DNA of 64,000 nucleotides from Peribolospora baueri. Its lineage: Eukaryota. Both the position numbers and the translations under genes were made by a program. The notes below the pieces were generated by a model. That model ran no database searches. It had not been told where the DNA came from and was given only the letters and a program-made list of their open reading frames with translations. The stretch lies in contig JAMDHS010000017.1 in assembly GCA_029717555.1 (NCBI GenBank), forward strand, positions 186,001 to 250,000, read 5' to 3'. This document shows, piece after piece, positions 36,896-49,543 of this stretch; positions within the stretch are counted from its first letter, which is position 1; the number at the start of each line of letters is the position of its first letter.

Positions 36896-39800
36896 TCAGT
36901 GCAAGTGCAACTCGCGCGGTAGCGAGTTGACGGCGTCGCGCCATTCGCGACATAGAGTTGGCGTGGCCGTTTTAAAGTAGAGAATGCTCTTGTGGTCGAC
37001 GACGCGAAGCGCTGAGGGAAGAGAAGAGCGAAGAAGACATGTCGAGACAAGCGCACCGTCAGTGATCTGTCGCTCCGGCTCCAAACGGATAGCTCGAGAA
37101 TTCGACTCACTCGTCTCCTTGATGATCTCCGCCGTCTTGGGCTGCAGCCTAAGCACGCCGTGGAGCTCGACGGCCGAGTTAGGGTCGCGACCGCGACTCG
37201 GATCGCGACAGAGGACGACAATGTCGTTGCAAAGCAAAACGACGACCTGCTTTTCCATGGCCTCTTGGTGTAGGCAGTAAACCTGAACGATGGAACCCAT
37301 GGACGACAACCTCGCCGCGGGATCATCGCCGCTATCGGCGACGACCGGGTCCGCGTCCAAAGGAGGCTGAGTGAGGAACGCGGGCGCGCGCTTCACGACA
37401 CGAGTCAGCGTTAACGTGCCATCCTTGATCAGGCGACGGTGAGGCTGGACGAGCGGACTGGGCCATTTGCCTTGAATGCGAGACTGTGTACGCGACGAGA
37501 AGGGAGCGTCGTGAGCCTAAGAGGAACGAACAGGCAGGCCAAATGACGCGATAAGAAATATGGGCTTCACCTGCCACTTGACGAGCTTGCGCATCCCTTC
37601 CGACTCGCGCTTGCTCTCGTTCACGCTCGTCGCAAGTTTGCCGACCTCGTCTAAAGCGCTCGCGATCCATTCTGCCGACGACGCACCGGAGCCCGCTTTC
37701 GGCGGCGTGCTTTTGACGAGATCCTCAAGCTGGGAACAAACAAAACAGGCACCGGAAGCGGTCAGCGTACGGGGTTCGGGTTTAGAAAAACAAAGGCAGG
37801 CAGGCACGCTCACCAGAAGCTTGTAGCGGGGAATGCGTTGAACCGGGAGAAGGAGATAGCTCTCCAAATTGATCTGAGAGTGCTTGGGATGGGCTCGGCA
37901 GCGCTTAAAGTCGCCAAAAAAATGGGACGGGGTGGGAACGGGAAAAAGGAACTGGTCAGCCCGAATGGACACGGCACGGCGGCCTTCGTTCAGACGAAAC
38001 ACTCGCTCACCTTCAGATACTGCTTGAGCTTCTTCTTCTGGCTCGGCGTGAGCGCGCCTTCGACCGGCGCCGCAGCAGGCCCGCCGCCGCCGATGCCCAA
38101 GTTGCTTACGGAAGCGGTGGCGACAAGGCCGGCGGCAGGAGAGTTGGAAGCGGCGGCTGTCCAGTTGGCAACGCGAACGTGAGCGTCGTCGCAGTTGTTG
38201 ATGTACACCGAATACATTCGCAAAAAGGCGGCGTGGCGGGTGAACACTTTGGCCACCTCTTCGGCCACGCCCGTCGTCAACTCGCCCTCCGCCTCCGCCG
38301 CCGCGTCCGCTTCAGGCTTCTCCTCCGCTTTCTTTCGCAGCAGAGGCTCCGCGGCGGATTTGAGGCAAGGCAAAAAGGCGGTGTGGTGGAACTGGAGCAA
38401 GCCGTCAATGTTGCCAAAGACAGCCTTTCGCTCGGCCAACGGGACGACGGATTGGCCGCTGAGGCCTTCGGCGGGCAACGCCGCCGGCTTGACGTAAATG
38501 TCCACGAGTTCCTGCAAACCTTTGACGTACGTCTCTTCGGTGCTCAGGATTTCGAGGATGATGCGCCGCCGACGGGCCGGGTCATCCTTGTACTTGACCG
38601 TCTGCGACGGCGGCGGCGGCAGTCCTGACGACGGCTCGTCGTCCGCGGGCGTAGTGGCGGCCGTCGCCGGTCCATCCGAGTCGACTCCCGAGCTGCCCGT
38701 GATGGCAGAGCCCTTGGAGGCGATGCTCTGCTCGCTGTTGTCGCGCGACATCTTCGGCAAATGGCTCGGCCGGTGGTCCAGGCCGTCCAAAGTGGATCGT
38801 CGGGAGCCCGCGCGGCCGGCACCCAAGGTCAGTCGGATCGGCACGGTGGGCGACTGCGACCGGGTCGTTTCACCGCTCTGGACACCAACACCACCACCAA
38901 CACCACCGTCGAAGTTGAGGTCGTCCAAATCGCGCAAGTAGGCCATGAGAGCCTTCAATGCGTCGGCGTGGTCGGGACGAGTGGCAGAAAGGCCGGCGCT
39001 GTTCGGGTCCATCCACAGAGCAGGGGAAGACGCGTGTAGTTCCTCCATGCCCACAGACGCGGTGGGAGAAGGCGTTTGAAGCATCAAGAAACTCTTTCGC
39101 TTGGACAGGCGAGAAGTGTCAGTGGCGGCCGTACCGGGCGTGACTGGCGACAGAGCGTTAGAATTGGGCGATAGGGCCGAAGGTGACGAGGCGTTGACAC
39201 CGGTGTTGGCGAGCCGCTTAGAGAACGTCCTCTGTCGGAACGAGCTCGTGGAGCCGCTCCTGCCCCTCCTGACGGACGACTCGGGAGGCGTGACCTTGAT
39301 CGTGCCGGGGGCAGGAGAGACCGGCCGGCTGTCCGAGTCGCTGCCAATTTCGCCGTGGATGGCGACGAGCTGGTCGAGACGTGACTGCGACCGCATCTTC
39401 TGAAGGCTCATCTTCTTCAAGAAGCCCCATTTTCTGCCGGGACCGCGAGCGCCGGGGGGGTCGACAAACTCCTTGCTGTTGCTGGGAATCGACTGCCAGG
39501 CGCGTTTGGACGATGATGACTGGAATGTGGCGTCTATGAGCTCCTCCATGTCGTTCAGGTCGTTCATGCCAAGCAACGCAGAATGATCGGCCGGGCCGAC
39601 AGGCGAGCCGTTCGAGCCGCCGCCGACGGGGGTGATGTAAGAAGGGGACGACACGCTCGGGCCGATGCCGGCGGTGTCGATGGCGGGCGGCGCGTCCTTG
39701 GAAGACGCCGCCGGGATGGCGGGCATGTCCTTGGAAGGCGCCGGCGGTTTGGCCGAATCGGCCTCGGCGGCGGCCGGTGGCGGTGGCGGCAGCGGCAGCG

Positions 39801-42800
39801 GCATCGGGACGACGGCGTCGCCGGCCACCGAACTCGGCCTCGAGTCCGTGCGCATGGAGAGCTGGCCGCTGCTCTGCATGCGCCTCACCACCGAAGGACG
39901 GCCTGCTCCGGACGGCTGCTGCTCGGACAAGGCGGGAGAAACGGGCACCGTGGCGGACATTGACATGGACGGCGAGTCAGCTCGCAATCCTTGGCCGAAG
40001 GGATAGCCGGGGGGAACGTCGCCGGGGCCGGACTTGGGCGGCAAAGGCGGTGCGCTGTTGAGCTGAGGAGGCAAGGGGGAAGATTGCCGACTCGCGTCGG
40101 CAGTCATCGGGAACGGAAAGCCAGCGTCGGGGGGAGCAGTGTGAGAGCCGGCGACGGCGTCCATGGAGGGCGTGCTGCACGGGCTCAGGAGTTGGGACAA
40201 GGTGGAGAAGGTGAAAGACTGCGGTAGGATGGGCGCCACGACCTTCTTCCACGCGCCCTGGAAGGGGTTGCCCTCCATGAGGAGCACCTCAAGCTGGGTG
40301 AGATGGTGGAGCCAACTGGGCAGGTGAGTGAGCCGGTTATTGCACAAGCTGAGCGTGTGCAAGTCTTTCAGGGCAACCATCGAGCTGGGAAGCGAGACGA
40401 TTCCGACGTCATCGGCGATGAGCACGCGGAGTGACGTGAGCTCGCCGAGCCATGCGGGCAAAGACGGCGGTCGGAGGGCGTTGCCAGACACCTTGAGTTC
40501 CTCCAAGAGCGCGCATTCCGCGATCGAGTCGGGTAAGGACGACAAGTTGCACAAGGACAGGTCGAGGGCCCTGGAAAGCGAGAAAAAAGAAAAAAAAAGG
40601 CATCGATCGTCAGCCAGCTCCGATCTCGAAAATTCGAACGCCGGCGACGAGACGAAAACTCACAAGAGCGACCCGGCCAAAGACGGCAAAGTCTTATCGA
40701 GGAAAGAAGGCAAAAGGTCCGGCGTGGCACACTTGGACAGAAGCAGATGCGTCGTGCCTTTGTGCACGTGCGTCATGGGGATGGATGGGGCGGAGGAAGA
40801 ACGGTGGTCAACATCCGTTGGCTTGGCTCGCTTGAAGGACCCCGTGACGGGACGGGGACTCACCTGAAACGACATCGGCCTCAAGCTCATCGATGCTCTT
40901 TCCGAGCCCTTCGACGACCTTTCCGTTGCCTTCTTCCCAAATCTGCACCGCCGCCGGCGGCTTGCTCTCCTTTTCCTTTTCTTCTCCCTCCTCCGCCTCT
41001 TCGTCCGCGTCCACCTCGTCCTCCTCCGCCGCAACACAAACATCGCCGGCGGACCCCCTCTCCTCCTCGTCATCGAAACCTTCCTTGCTCTCTACAAAAC
41101 TAGAATCCACGCTCCGCGAACCACCCACCCCGTTCTCGTTCTCGTTCTCTTCATCGAGCCCCACGGCCAGCGCGCCGAGCGCGTACGCGCCGGAAGAGCG
41201 CTTCGACGACGGAGGTCCGCTCTTGCCGCCGCCGCTGCGCACGCTCGCGGCGCTACTGCTGCCTGCGACACTCATCCTGTGCTCGCCGCTCCTCGCGCTC
41301 ACGACGCTGCCCGCAACGCTGCCCGAGCGCGCGAGTGAAACGGCGCCACCGCCACCGCCGCCGACGAGGCCATCGAACTCGAACGCGTCGTGAGCGACGC
41401 TGCTAGCCGTGCTAAAGTGGCTGCTTCTCGAGCGGGCCATCGCCATCGCCGCCACCGACGGTGGACTGGCGGGGTGCTGGTGCTGAGACGGCTTGACAGC
41501 CGCAGCACCAGCAGCAGCCGGGACAGAGTTGACGGAGGACGCGCTGCCCTGGGAACCTTGCCTTCTCCGGGTTCCGACGACGCTGGCGCCACTACTGCTC
41601 TCATGGAAACTGCGCTGCCGACCGTTGGGGGGAGGAGGAACGACGGCCGAGTCGACCTCGCTCTTCGTCCTCGCCCGCGAGTCCCTGCGTGGGGGCGGAA
41701 CAGGGGGCGGGGGAGGAGCGTCGCTGGTGCCGGTGCCGATGCCGGTGCTGGCGTTGCCCGCCTGGGGCAAAGTGGAGCCGGGCGTATATGGCGCGGCGGA
41801 AGGGGGCGCGCGAGCCTGCTGCCGCGCCCAGCTGGGGACGCGGTGGTGGGAGAAGCGGTCGTTCAAGTCGCGTTGGTGGGGTACCGCGTTCGGGTTGGCG
41901 GCTGCGACGATGGGCATCGCCTGGCACTTGTTGCCAGTGAAGGAGGGAAGGCCTTCAGGGTGAACGGTCTTGTCTGAGGTGATGCCGAGGCCGACGACGG
42001 CGCTCTCGTTCTCCTCTCCGCCCGCCGAGTCGAAAGGGGCAGCGATGGGGCTAGGAAGAGCGGAGGACTTTACGGAGCCGTAGGCGTGGGCGTCAAAGTC
42101 TGCGTCGGAGATGAAGCTGGTCCGGATGGCGCTCGGGCTCGTGGCCGTACTGGCGATGCTGCGCTCTCCTCCAAAGCCGAGACTGTTCTGCGTCGAATAT
42201 GCCGAGCTGCGGGTCGACGTGGAGAAGCGGCTCGAGTTGGCGGTGCAGTTGCTTGAGCTCGGAGTCGCGTTGGAAGAGGAAGAGGCGTAGGCCAGGTGCT
42301 GGCCGAAGCTCGATTGAGGGTCCGGAAACGTTGCGGGGTCGGGAAGAGCGGGGGATGGCTCGGCAGTGACAGCGGTGGCGGCGGCGGCGGCGTGCCCCTG
42401 TGGCCTCCTACGGCCCTGCATCTGTGCATAATACGCGGCAGACGCGCTGGCCGACCGCGTCATCTTGCTGGGAACCGCAGGCTGGGTGGCGGGCGAAGAG
42501 GAAGAGGAGGCGAGTGTGAAGGCCTCTGGGATCTCGGGTCGAAGCGCGTTCGAGTTACGTCTAGACCGGGAGGGGAGCGAGCTCCAGGACGCCTTGGGAC
42601 GGACGATTTGACCGGGGCTGGAAGAGCCTACGGGCCTCTGGCGGGTGGTGTGGTACGCGGAGGGGGAAGCGGGTGCGCTGGGTCGACTCGCGGCCCGAGG
42701 AGGTCGCGGAGGGGTTGTGGAGGCTGCGAGCGACGAATCATGGCAACGAATGAGGACGCGAAAACCCAAAAGGGAAAAGGTAAAAGGCAAAGAACTCACG

Positions 42801-44129
42801 CTTGACATCCCTGTCCACCTCACTCTGATCCCTCTCGTCCACGTTCACCATGCCCGCCCGCTCGGCCTTGTCGGCTCGCACGGGTTCCTCCACCTCGCTA
42901 CCATCGTCGTTGTCGTTGTCGTTGTCCTCGTCCTCGTCCTCGTCAGCGGCGCCGCGGAAAAGCATAGCATTGCCCACGGACGCGCTCGCCCTTTCTTCTG
43001 CGGTTTGCCGCCTCGTCGTCGTCGTGGTGCCCGAGGGACGGCGTCGGACAGAGCCCTTGCGCATGAGCTGGGATGCAGCAGTTGCGGTCTCGTTCGCGCT
43101 CGCATGGGCATCCCCTGAGGTAGGGCGTCCCTGGTCGTCGGCAGAAGCGGCAGAGGCGTCGCTGCGCGTCATCTGCAGCGAGGCGCCGCCGAGGAGGCCG
43201 TTGTGAGGAGCGAGGAGGAAGGCGGGCACGTCGTTGTTGTTGTTGTTGTTGTTGTTGTTGTTGCGAGGGGAACCGAAGAGGTGGGGCGAGTCGACGCTGC
43301 CCCCGGAGGAGGGGGAGGAGAACAAATGCTGCGACGGCGTGGCGTACCTTTCGTTGTCCGAGTACGAGTCGAGGATGCTCTCCGTCTGCGCGTGGTACTC
43401 GTCCGTCCGTCCGTCTTCCTCGTCTGATCGAGAGAGGAGCGAGGCGACGGTGGAGACGAGGCTATCACGATTCGTCCTGCCCGTCGCCGCAGCTCCTACG
43501 ACGAGAATGTCGCCCTCGCCATCGTCCTCCTCGTCGGCCGAACCGCCCTCAGAGCTACTCATGTCGAACGCGGACTGAGGGTTGGGGTGCGACGCGTTGC
43601 TGTTCTCGGCGGCCGGCCTCTCCGTCTCCGCAGCTTTCGTCCCCGCGGGATGTCGTGCGGCGTCGGCTGCGAACTGGGCTCCCGACGGTGGAGACAAAGA
43701 AGGCAGCTTGTGCTGAGCATGGTGAGCGCGCATGGCCGCCGCCTGCTGGCGCTGGAGCGCGCCCGCGCTGGGTCGTCGTTGCGCATGGGGTGGAGGCATG
43801 CTCAGCTGCTGTCGCGCTGGCGCCGGCGGCATGGCTTCGTCGGAAGGACGGAGAGAAGTCGCGGCGGCGGCCCCGCGGCTTGGCCGCCTTTGGGTTTGGT
43901 AAGTGAGGCCTTCGAACGTCGGTTGGGGGGCGAAAGGGGGGCTCGGCGCGGAGCGGCCAGGGTGGGGAGGGTGCGCCATGGAGCGACGAGCGGCGAGGTC
44001 GGCGGCGGGCGGGGCGAACTGTGGAGGCAAGGCGGGGCGACGGGGCGAGGAGGAGGGGTCGGTGGGGAGGTGGTGGATGGTGTGGAGGGCGGGCTCGGAA
44101 GGGGGATGAGCGGAGCGGCCGAAGGACAT
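36896..44129 (-). CDS. Large (~2200 aa) Rho guanine-nucleotide exchange factor with LRR + DH + PH domains, about 8 exons
   Basis: LRRs (LDLSLCNLSSLPDSI, LEELKVSGN, LHTLSLCNNRLTHLP, LEVLLMEGNPF). DH domain (RRRIILEILSTEETYVKGLQELVDIYVKP, VFGNIDGLLQFH, FLRMYSVYINN, LESYLLLPVQRIPRYKLL|LEDLVKST, VNESKR). PH domain (RRLIKDG, VLLCNDIVV, EWRDAV). All joined by GT-AG introns; the start codon is uncertain (44129 or 43980). Confidence 0.88.
43233..43262. repeat. (GTT)10 coding microsatellite (poly-Asn10 in RhoGEF exon 1)
   Basis: Read directly; translates RNNNNNNNNNND on the - strand. Confidence 0.92.
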
Positions 44130-47100
44130 GGCGACGACGACTACGAGTACTCGCTACGTGCGGAGAGCAAGGAGAGGCGGCGCGAGATGGGTGTGTTATT
44201 GTTATGTGTTATGTGATCCGAAAGGGATGGTGGTGGGGAGAAGAAGAGGTGGCCGATATCGACGAGCAGTCCAGCGCCGCCGAGAAGATGGATGGGACGA
44301 GCGAAGGAGAGGAGGGAGCGTTGCCGAAGCTCAGCAGTCGGACGGTGCGCAGGCGATGGCGAGGGGCTGCATGAACGAAGGAGGGGGAAGGCGAGGGGGT
44401 GGGAGTGGTGGTGGTCGTGGTCGTGGTCGTGGAGTTAGGATGATTGAGCGAGTGAGTGTGGGGAGGATAGAAGAGTAGCGGAGGTGCGAGGATGGGTTGG
44501 ACTCAATGGCGACGCATAGCAGCCGCCGCACAGTCCGGTCGGTCGTCGTCGGCCTGGGCTTGGGCGTGGGCGTCGAGTGTTGACGTTGACGTGGTGGTCG
44601 GTCGTCTGCCGTGGGCGGTGCGGTTGGTGGTGGAGTGGGCGTGGCAGTGGTGGTGGTGGTGGAGGTGGAGTCGGTGTTGGAGCGACTGTGATGATGATGA
44701 TGGTGGTGGTCGATGATGATGACAGACGATGATGGACTCTGGATGATGATGGCGGATGATAAACCAACCCAACCAACCAACAACCGACGGTCCGACCGGC
44801 GGGCGAAGGCTAGGCGCTGGCTGTGCGGCCGGAGTGGACTGAATGGGCGAGAAGCTGTCGTCGACGCCCACGCGAGCAAAATGCCGTCGCAGTCGTTGCA
44901 GCCGCAGTCAGTCACCGTCGCCGTCGCCGCGCCACCACCACCATCGTTCCAAGCCCCCGTCGTCTCAGCTTCCGCGTCGCTCCCGAGCCCCCCTCCGTCG
45001 TCCGTCCGTCCGTCCTGCCTGCGCGATGCGATGCCTCACTTCATCCATCCATCCATCCATCCATCCTTCTTCGTCCAGTCCAGTCCACCGGCCATTCATT
45101 CATCCGTACCCCCCTTTTGTCTGCGCCTGACGTCCACCGGCGTCCGTCCGTCCGTCTGTGTCTGCGTCCGTTTGCGGAAGGAGGGAGGGGGCCGACGGCA
45201 GAAGCGACGTCACACAAGGTCTGCCTCCTCCTCCTCCTCTTCCTCCTCCTTCTACTACGGCTACTGCTCCCGCTGGAAGGGCGAGGGAAAACGCACGGAT
45301 GGATTCTAAAGGCCGTCCTTAATACCGACATCATGCCGCTAGCTAACGAACAGGGCCCCAAGTAAGAGTAACAAACCGACGCCGGTTCGACATAGCGGAG
45401 GGAAACCGCTTGGCCGCTTGACTAACCCGCCGGCAGTCATCCATCCCTGGACGCCCGCCCTTAAGCCTGTGCTGGCTGCGCTGCGCCTCTGGTGCGGGCG
45501 CGGGAATGGCTAGCGGCAAGCGGCACGCGGTAAGCGGTACTGCGAGCACCCGGTCCCCCTGCGCAGCAATTTGGGATCACACCCGAGATCCCGCTCGGGC
45601 GACCAGGGTAGGAAGGAAATTGGGGTGTTGGCTGGCGACAATGCAAAGAAGAAGAAAAAAAAGAGCGTGACAGATGGCCGACTCATCCGCTCCTCTTCCC
45701 CCTCCTCGCCGTTCGGCGAGACACGATCGATCGACGCCAGCGAGCCCCCCCCATTCTTGAAACACGTTCGTTGGCGCCCACGGCGAGCGGTTCCGACGAC
45801 GAGAGTCAGCCTATATTCAGGAACTAACTAGCTAGCCCAAGTCGCTACAGCTACCACCGCTCGCCTGGGTCGTAACTCCTCCCTCCGTTACCGACGGCCC
45901 TTATGCGCGTGTGTTCGTTTGTACCCGTCCGTCCTCGTACGTGCAAAAGCAAAGCAAAGGACCGTAAGCGAGATACTGTAGACGCCCTCTCGCTTCTCGC
46001 TTCCTTCGCCTCCCCTCTCGTCCCCCCGGACAGACGCCTGGGAAAACGTCCCGCCGGCCGGTCGGTCGCATGCGTTGGCGCATGGCATATGGCATGGCCG
46101 CGCATCGAGCGTCGAGCGTCGAGCGTCCATCGAGCATCCTTAAAGCACCCTTCTTCTCGCTTGAATCCGTCCGTCATCAGGGTGATCCTCTAAACACGAC
46201 AAGAGGAGATGAGGACAGGGAACAGTTCGCCTGGCTCGCTACCGAAGAGAAGAGCTCGATCGGCTTCGTCTCCTTCCTATCGTGCCCCTGCCACCGCCAC
46301 CACCACGTACCGGTGCGATGCGATGCGGTGCGATGCGTGCGGTCGAGTTCGTCAGTCTAGCTCGTTTATCCGAACGGCTACGTCAAGCCCCGACGACCCC
46401 AAGGTGGAGGGGTGAAGACTCAAGACCGACGGAGATCTTTAGATGGAGGAAGATCTTTAGATGAAGATGAAAGATGAAAGATCTGCACGCACTGGATCGT
46501 CCCGCTACCATCTCCAAAACGGAGCCCACCACCCTACCTCGCTACCTCGCTTCCGCTACTTCCGTCCGGTCCTCCCCCTCTTTCTTCTTCCTTGTCCCTT
46601 TTTTCTTTTTTTTTTCTCGACGTCGACCGTCCGAGCGGTGCTCCGGGCGGTAGAGACGTGCGGTGCGATCTCCGCACTACCAGTCCTTTCCTTTCCGTGC
46701 TCGTGCTCGGCGCTCGGACCGTCGATGAACCCCGCGAGCTTGTATTCTTCGTCCCTGCCCAAGTCCACTTCTCGCCCGTGTTGCCGAGGAGGAACGGACG
46801 AACGAGGCCGTCGATCGACCGACCCGACTTTTAGCCCACACTCGCCCGTATACTCTTGAGGACTGTCGCTCGCTCAGACATCTGACTGACTACCCGCCGT
46901 CCGTCCTAGAGCGTGCCGGCGCGTCCGCCGAAAGGGGCTGCCCCATCATCCTAACCACCTAGTCGGGTATGTACGCACGCTTTTTATTTTTATTTTTATT
47001 TTCATTTTTTAATTTAGCCGAGCAAATGCCACGTCTTCCTCGCGCGCACCAAGCAGCGCCCGACACCAGCTCCGCCGCGTCGTCTCCTTTCGTCCATCAG

Positions 47101-49543
47101 ATCAGCTCCGTCTCGCATGTGCACCCCGGCTTTGGAAACCAATGTTCCTTCCGTTCCCTGCGACGACGACGACGACGACGACGACGCGTCGACTTGCACG
47201 AACTCGAACCTGGCCTACATACCATCCCTCGACCCGCTGGCGGGCCTGAATCAAAAGACGTCGGAAAGCAGGCGCACGGGAGAGCCTCTAACCAGACTTC
47301 CTTCCCTATCTGCAGTCGGCTGACACGCACGACGACGATAACGACGACGACGAAAGTATGAGCTCCGGCTCCTTCCGTCCAGCGCCGATTGAAGCAGCGT
47401 AGAAGGAGACCGCAAGCTGCCTGGAGCTGTACCAGCGTGATCTCCTTTTCACTTGTCGAGTCTCGCGAAAAGCTCGATGTGAGCGCTGGCCCGAGCGGCA
47501 TATCGATGCAAGCATCGATGGGAGGGGGGGGATCACGTGGACTGTTGCCTCCTCCACGAGCGCTGCTTGCTGCTCTTCCGCGTACCTGTGACGCCGTCCT
47601 GTTTTTCGGTTGGCTTCGACGTGTGGTTCTGATCGAAGGTATGCTAACCTTGCGCATCCTCTGGTGAGACCATCCAACATCCTAGTGCTGTCGGCGTCAT
47701 CATTCGCCCTTCGCCTCGGGCGACTCGTTCTGCCTTTCCGTCGGCAGCATCAGAGGGTGGTGGTGCTGGCACTGATGCAAAAGACGACCCGCGCGATTGG
47801 CCAGAGCGCCTGTGTCGAACGCACGCGTCGTTCCATCCTTCGCACCGACGTCAACTTGAAGCCAGCCAGCCCACAGGTTGGTTCAGCATCAGCGGCCACG
47901 CCCTGGCAGGGAGGGTGTACGACGGCGGAGGCGAACCTGCGTTCGCGAGTGGCGTCCCGCTTTCCTTGGGTCGGAGCTGGACGAAGAGATGCGAATCCGT
48001 CCTTCCTCTCCTTGTCCCCCTCTCCACGCCTTCCTCCCCTGAGGAAAAGAAGTGCGAAGGAGGACTATGAGCCGAGATGGGGGACGAAGGAAACGTTAAG
48101 GCAAGGGTGACTTTTTTTTTTAGCTATTTTTCCAGATTGGCCTGCTGATGTGGGTCCATGAGAGGCCAGTCTGACCCATCTTGACTCGACTTGCGGCTCG
48201 TCTTGATGCCTCGGATACGAAGAGGCAAGGCGGCGCCGTATGGCATATGCGCGAGGGACCACAGCAGACGAATGTGGAACGTCGGTAGGCGAAGGGCAGC
48301 TGGGACGAGTAGAGACTGTAAGGGGGCTCACCAGAGCTTCACAGCTTGGCGGTGGCCCATGCCCGCAAAAACACTTTTTCGTCGGGCCTGCTCGGCCGTA
48401 AGGAGGGCTTGGCCTCGGCGGCGAGCGTTCGGTCGCCATTCAGCCCACTCGCGACGAGCGTGGGCATGGTGACTTGGCGGCGTCACGGTATGCTGGCCAC
48501 CGCTCTCCGAACCATCTGGGACGAAAATCACGCATGAACAGTCGGAACCCATAGCGCCCTCGCGTCCTCTGCTAACCTCGATTAATTGTAGTATGATACA
48601 TATGCGACTGCCGTGTGCGATGGCTAAGGAGTTAGCCGCCAAGATCAGGAACACTAGAAGAACGGCTGCGTTTTCGGATGCGTTGGCCTGACCCCATAGG
48701 CTCGCCTTGCCGCAGACGCCTGGAAAGAAGGGCGACGAGCGAGAGGGCCGTGTCATGTCAGGGGCCTGTCTGTCTCGGCGTAGCAAGGACGCCCGAGGAT
48801 GGTCACGCGTTGGATAGACGGTCGGTCGGGCGATCTGCACTCCCAGGCGCTCGCTCGGTCGGTCGCCGAAGCAAGGAAAGCGAGAGAGCGGCGCGCGGCA
48901 TCCCCGGCACCCGTCCGTCGTGGAAAGGAGGAGGCCGCCCTGAGAAAGACGTCCGGAAAGGGCGGCGGCAGAGAGAAGGGTGAGAATGACAGCAGCGAGA
49001 GGCGCGGAGAATACACCGCCATCTGAAAGACGGCCTTTCGGTCGCCCCGCGCGCGATTACGGATTTGCGTGTTTTTGCTTTTCTTCCGAATCCCTCTTCG
49101 CGGTTACCCCTATGTACGGAGCGGGGTTGCCGCAGCACGCGTCTCGACGCGTCCAGGAGGGACGTGACGAGACGACGTGCCCAGTCCTCGCGCCTGAGAC
49201 AGACGTTGCCCGCCACTCGAACACGGACGAAAGAGTCCATCTTTCGTTCGTTCATCTACCTTCCTCCACCGGCTCCTTCTTTCTCCCTTCCACCTCCATT
49301 CATTATCCATCTCACCACCATCTGCTCCAACCCCCCGATCGCCGCCGCCATCACCGCCGCCATCGCCATCGCCCTCGCCAACGCGCTCGCCAACGCCATC
49401 GCCATCGCCATCGCCATCGCCATCGATTCAAGCACCCCCTCCTTTGCTTTCACTCAGCTGCCCACTTTCCTTTGCCACCCAGTCTCCATCGCACCGCTCT
49501 CGTTATTCCGCCGCCCCCTTCGCCTCAGGTCTGCCCCCCTTCC

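Noticed and set aside
36160..37326. 388-aa - strand ORF overlapping the RhoGEF end
   Set aside because: Alternative frame plus pyrimidine-rich 3'UTR. Non-ATG start, and the PH domain is completed in another frame.
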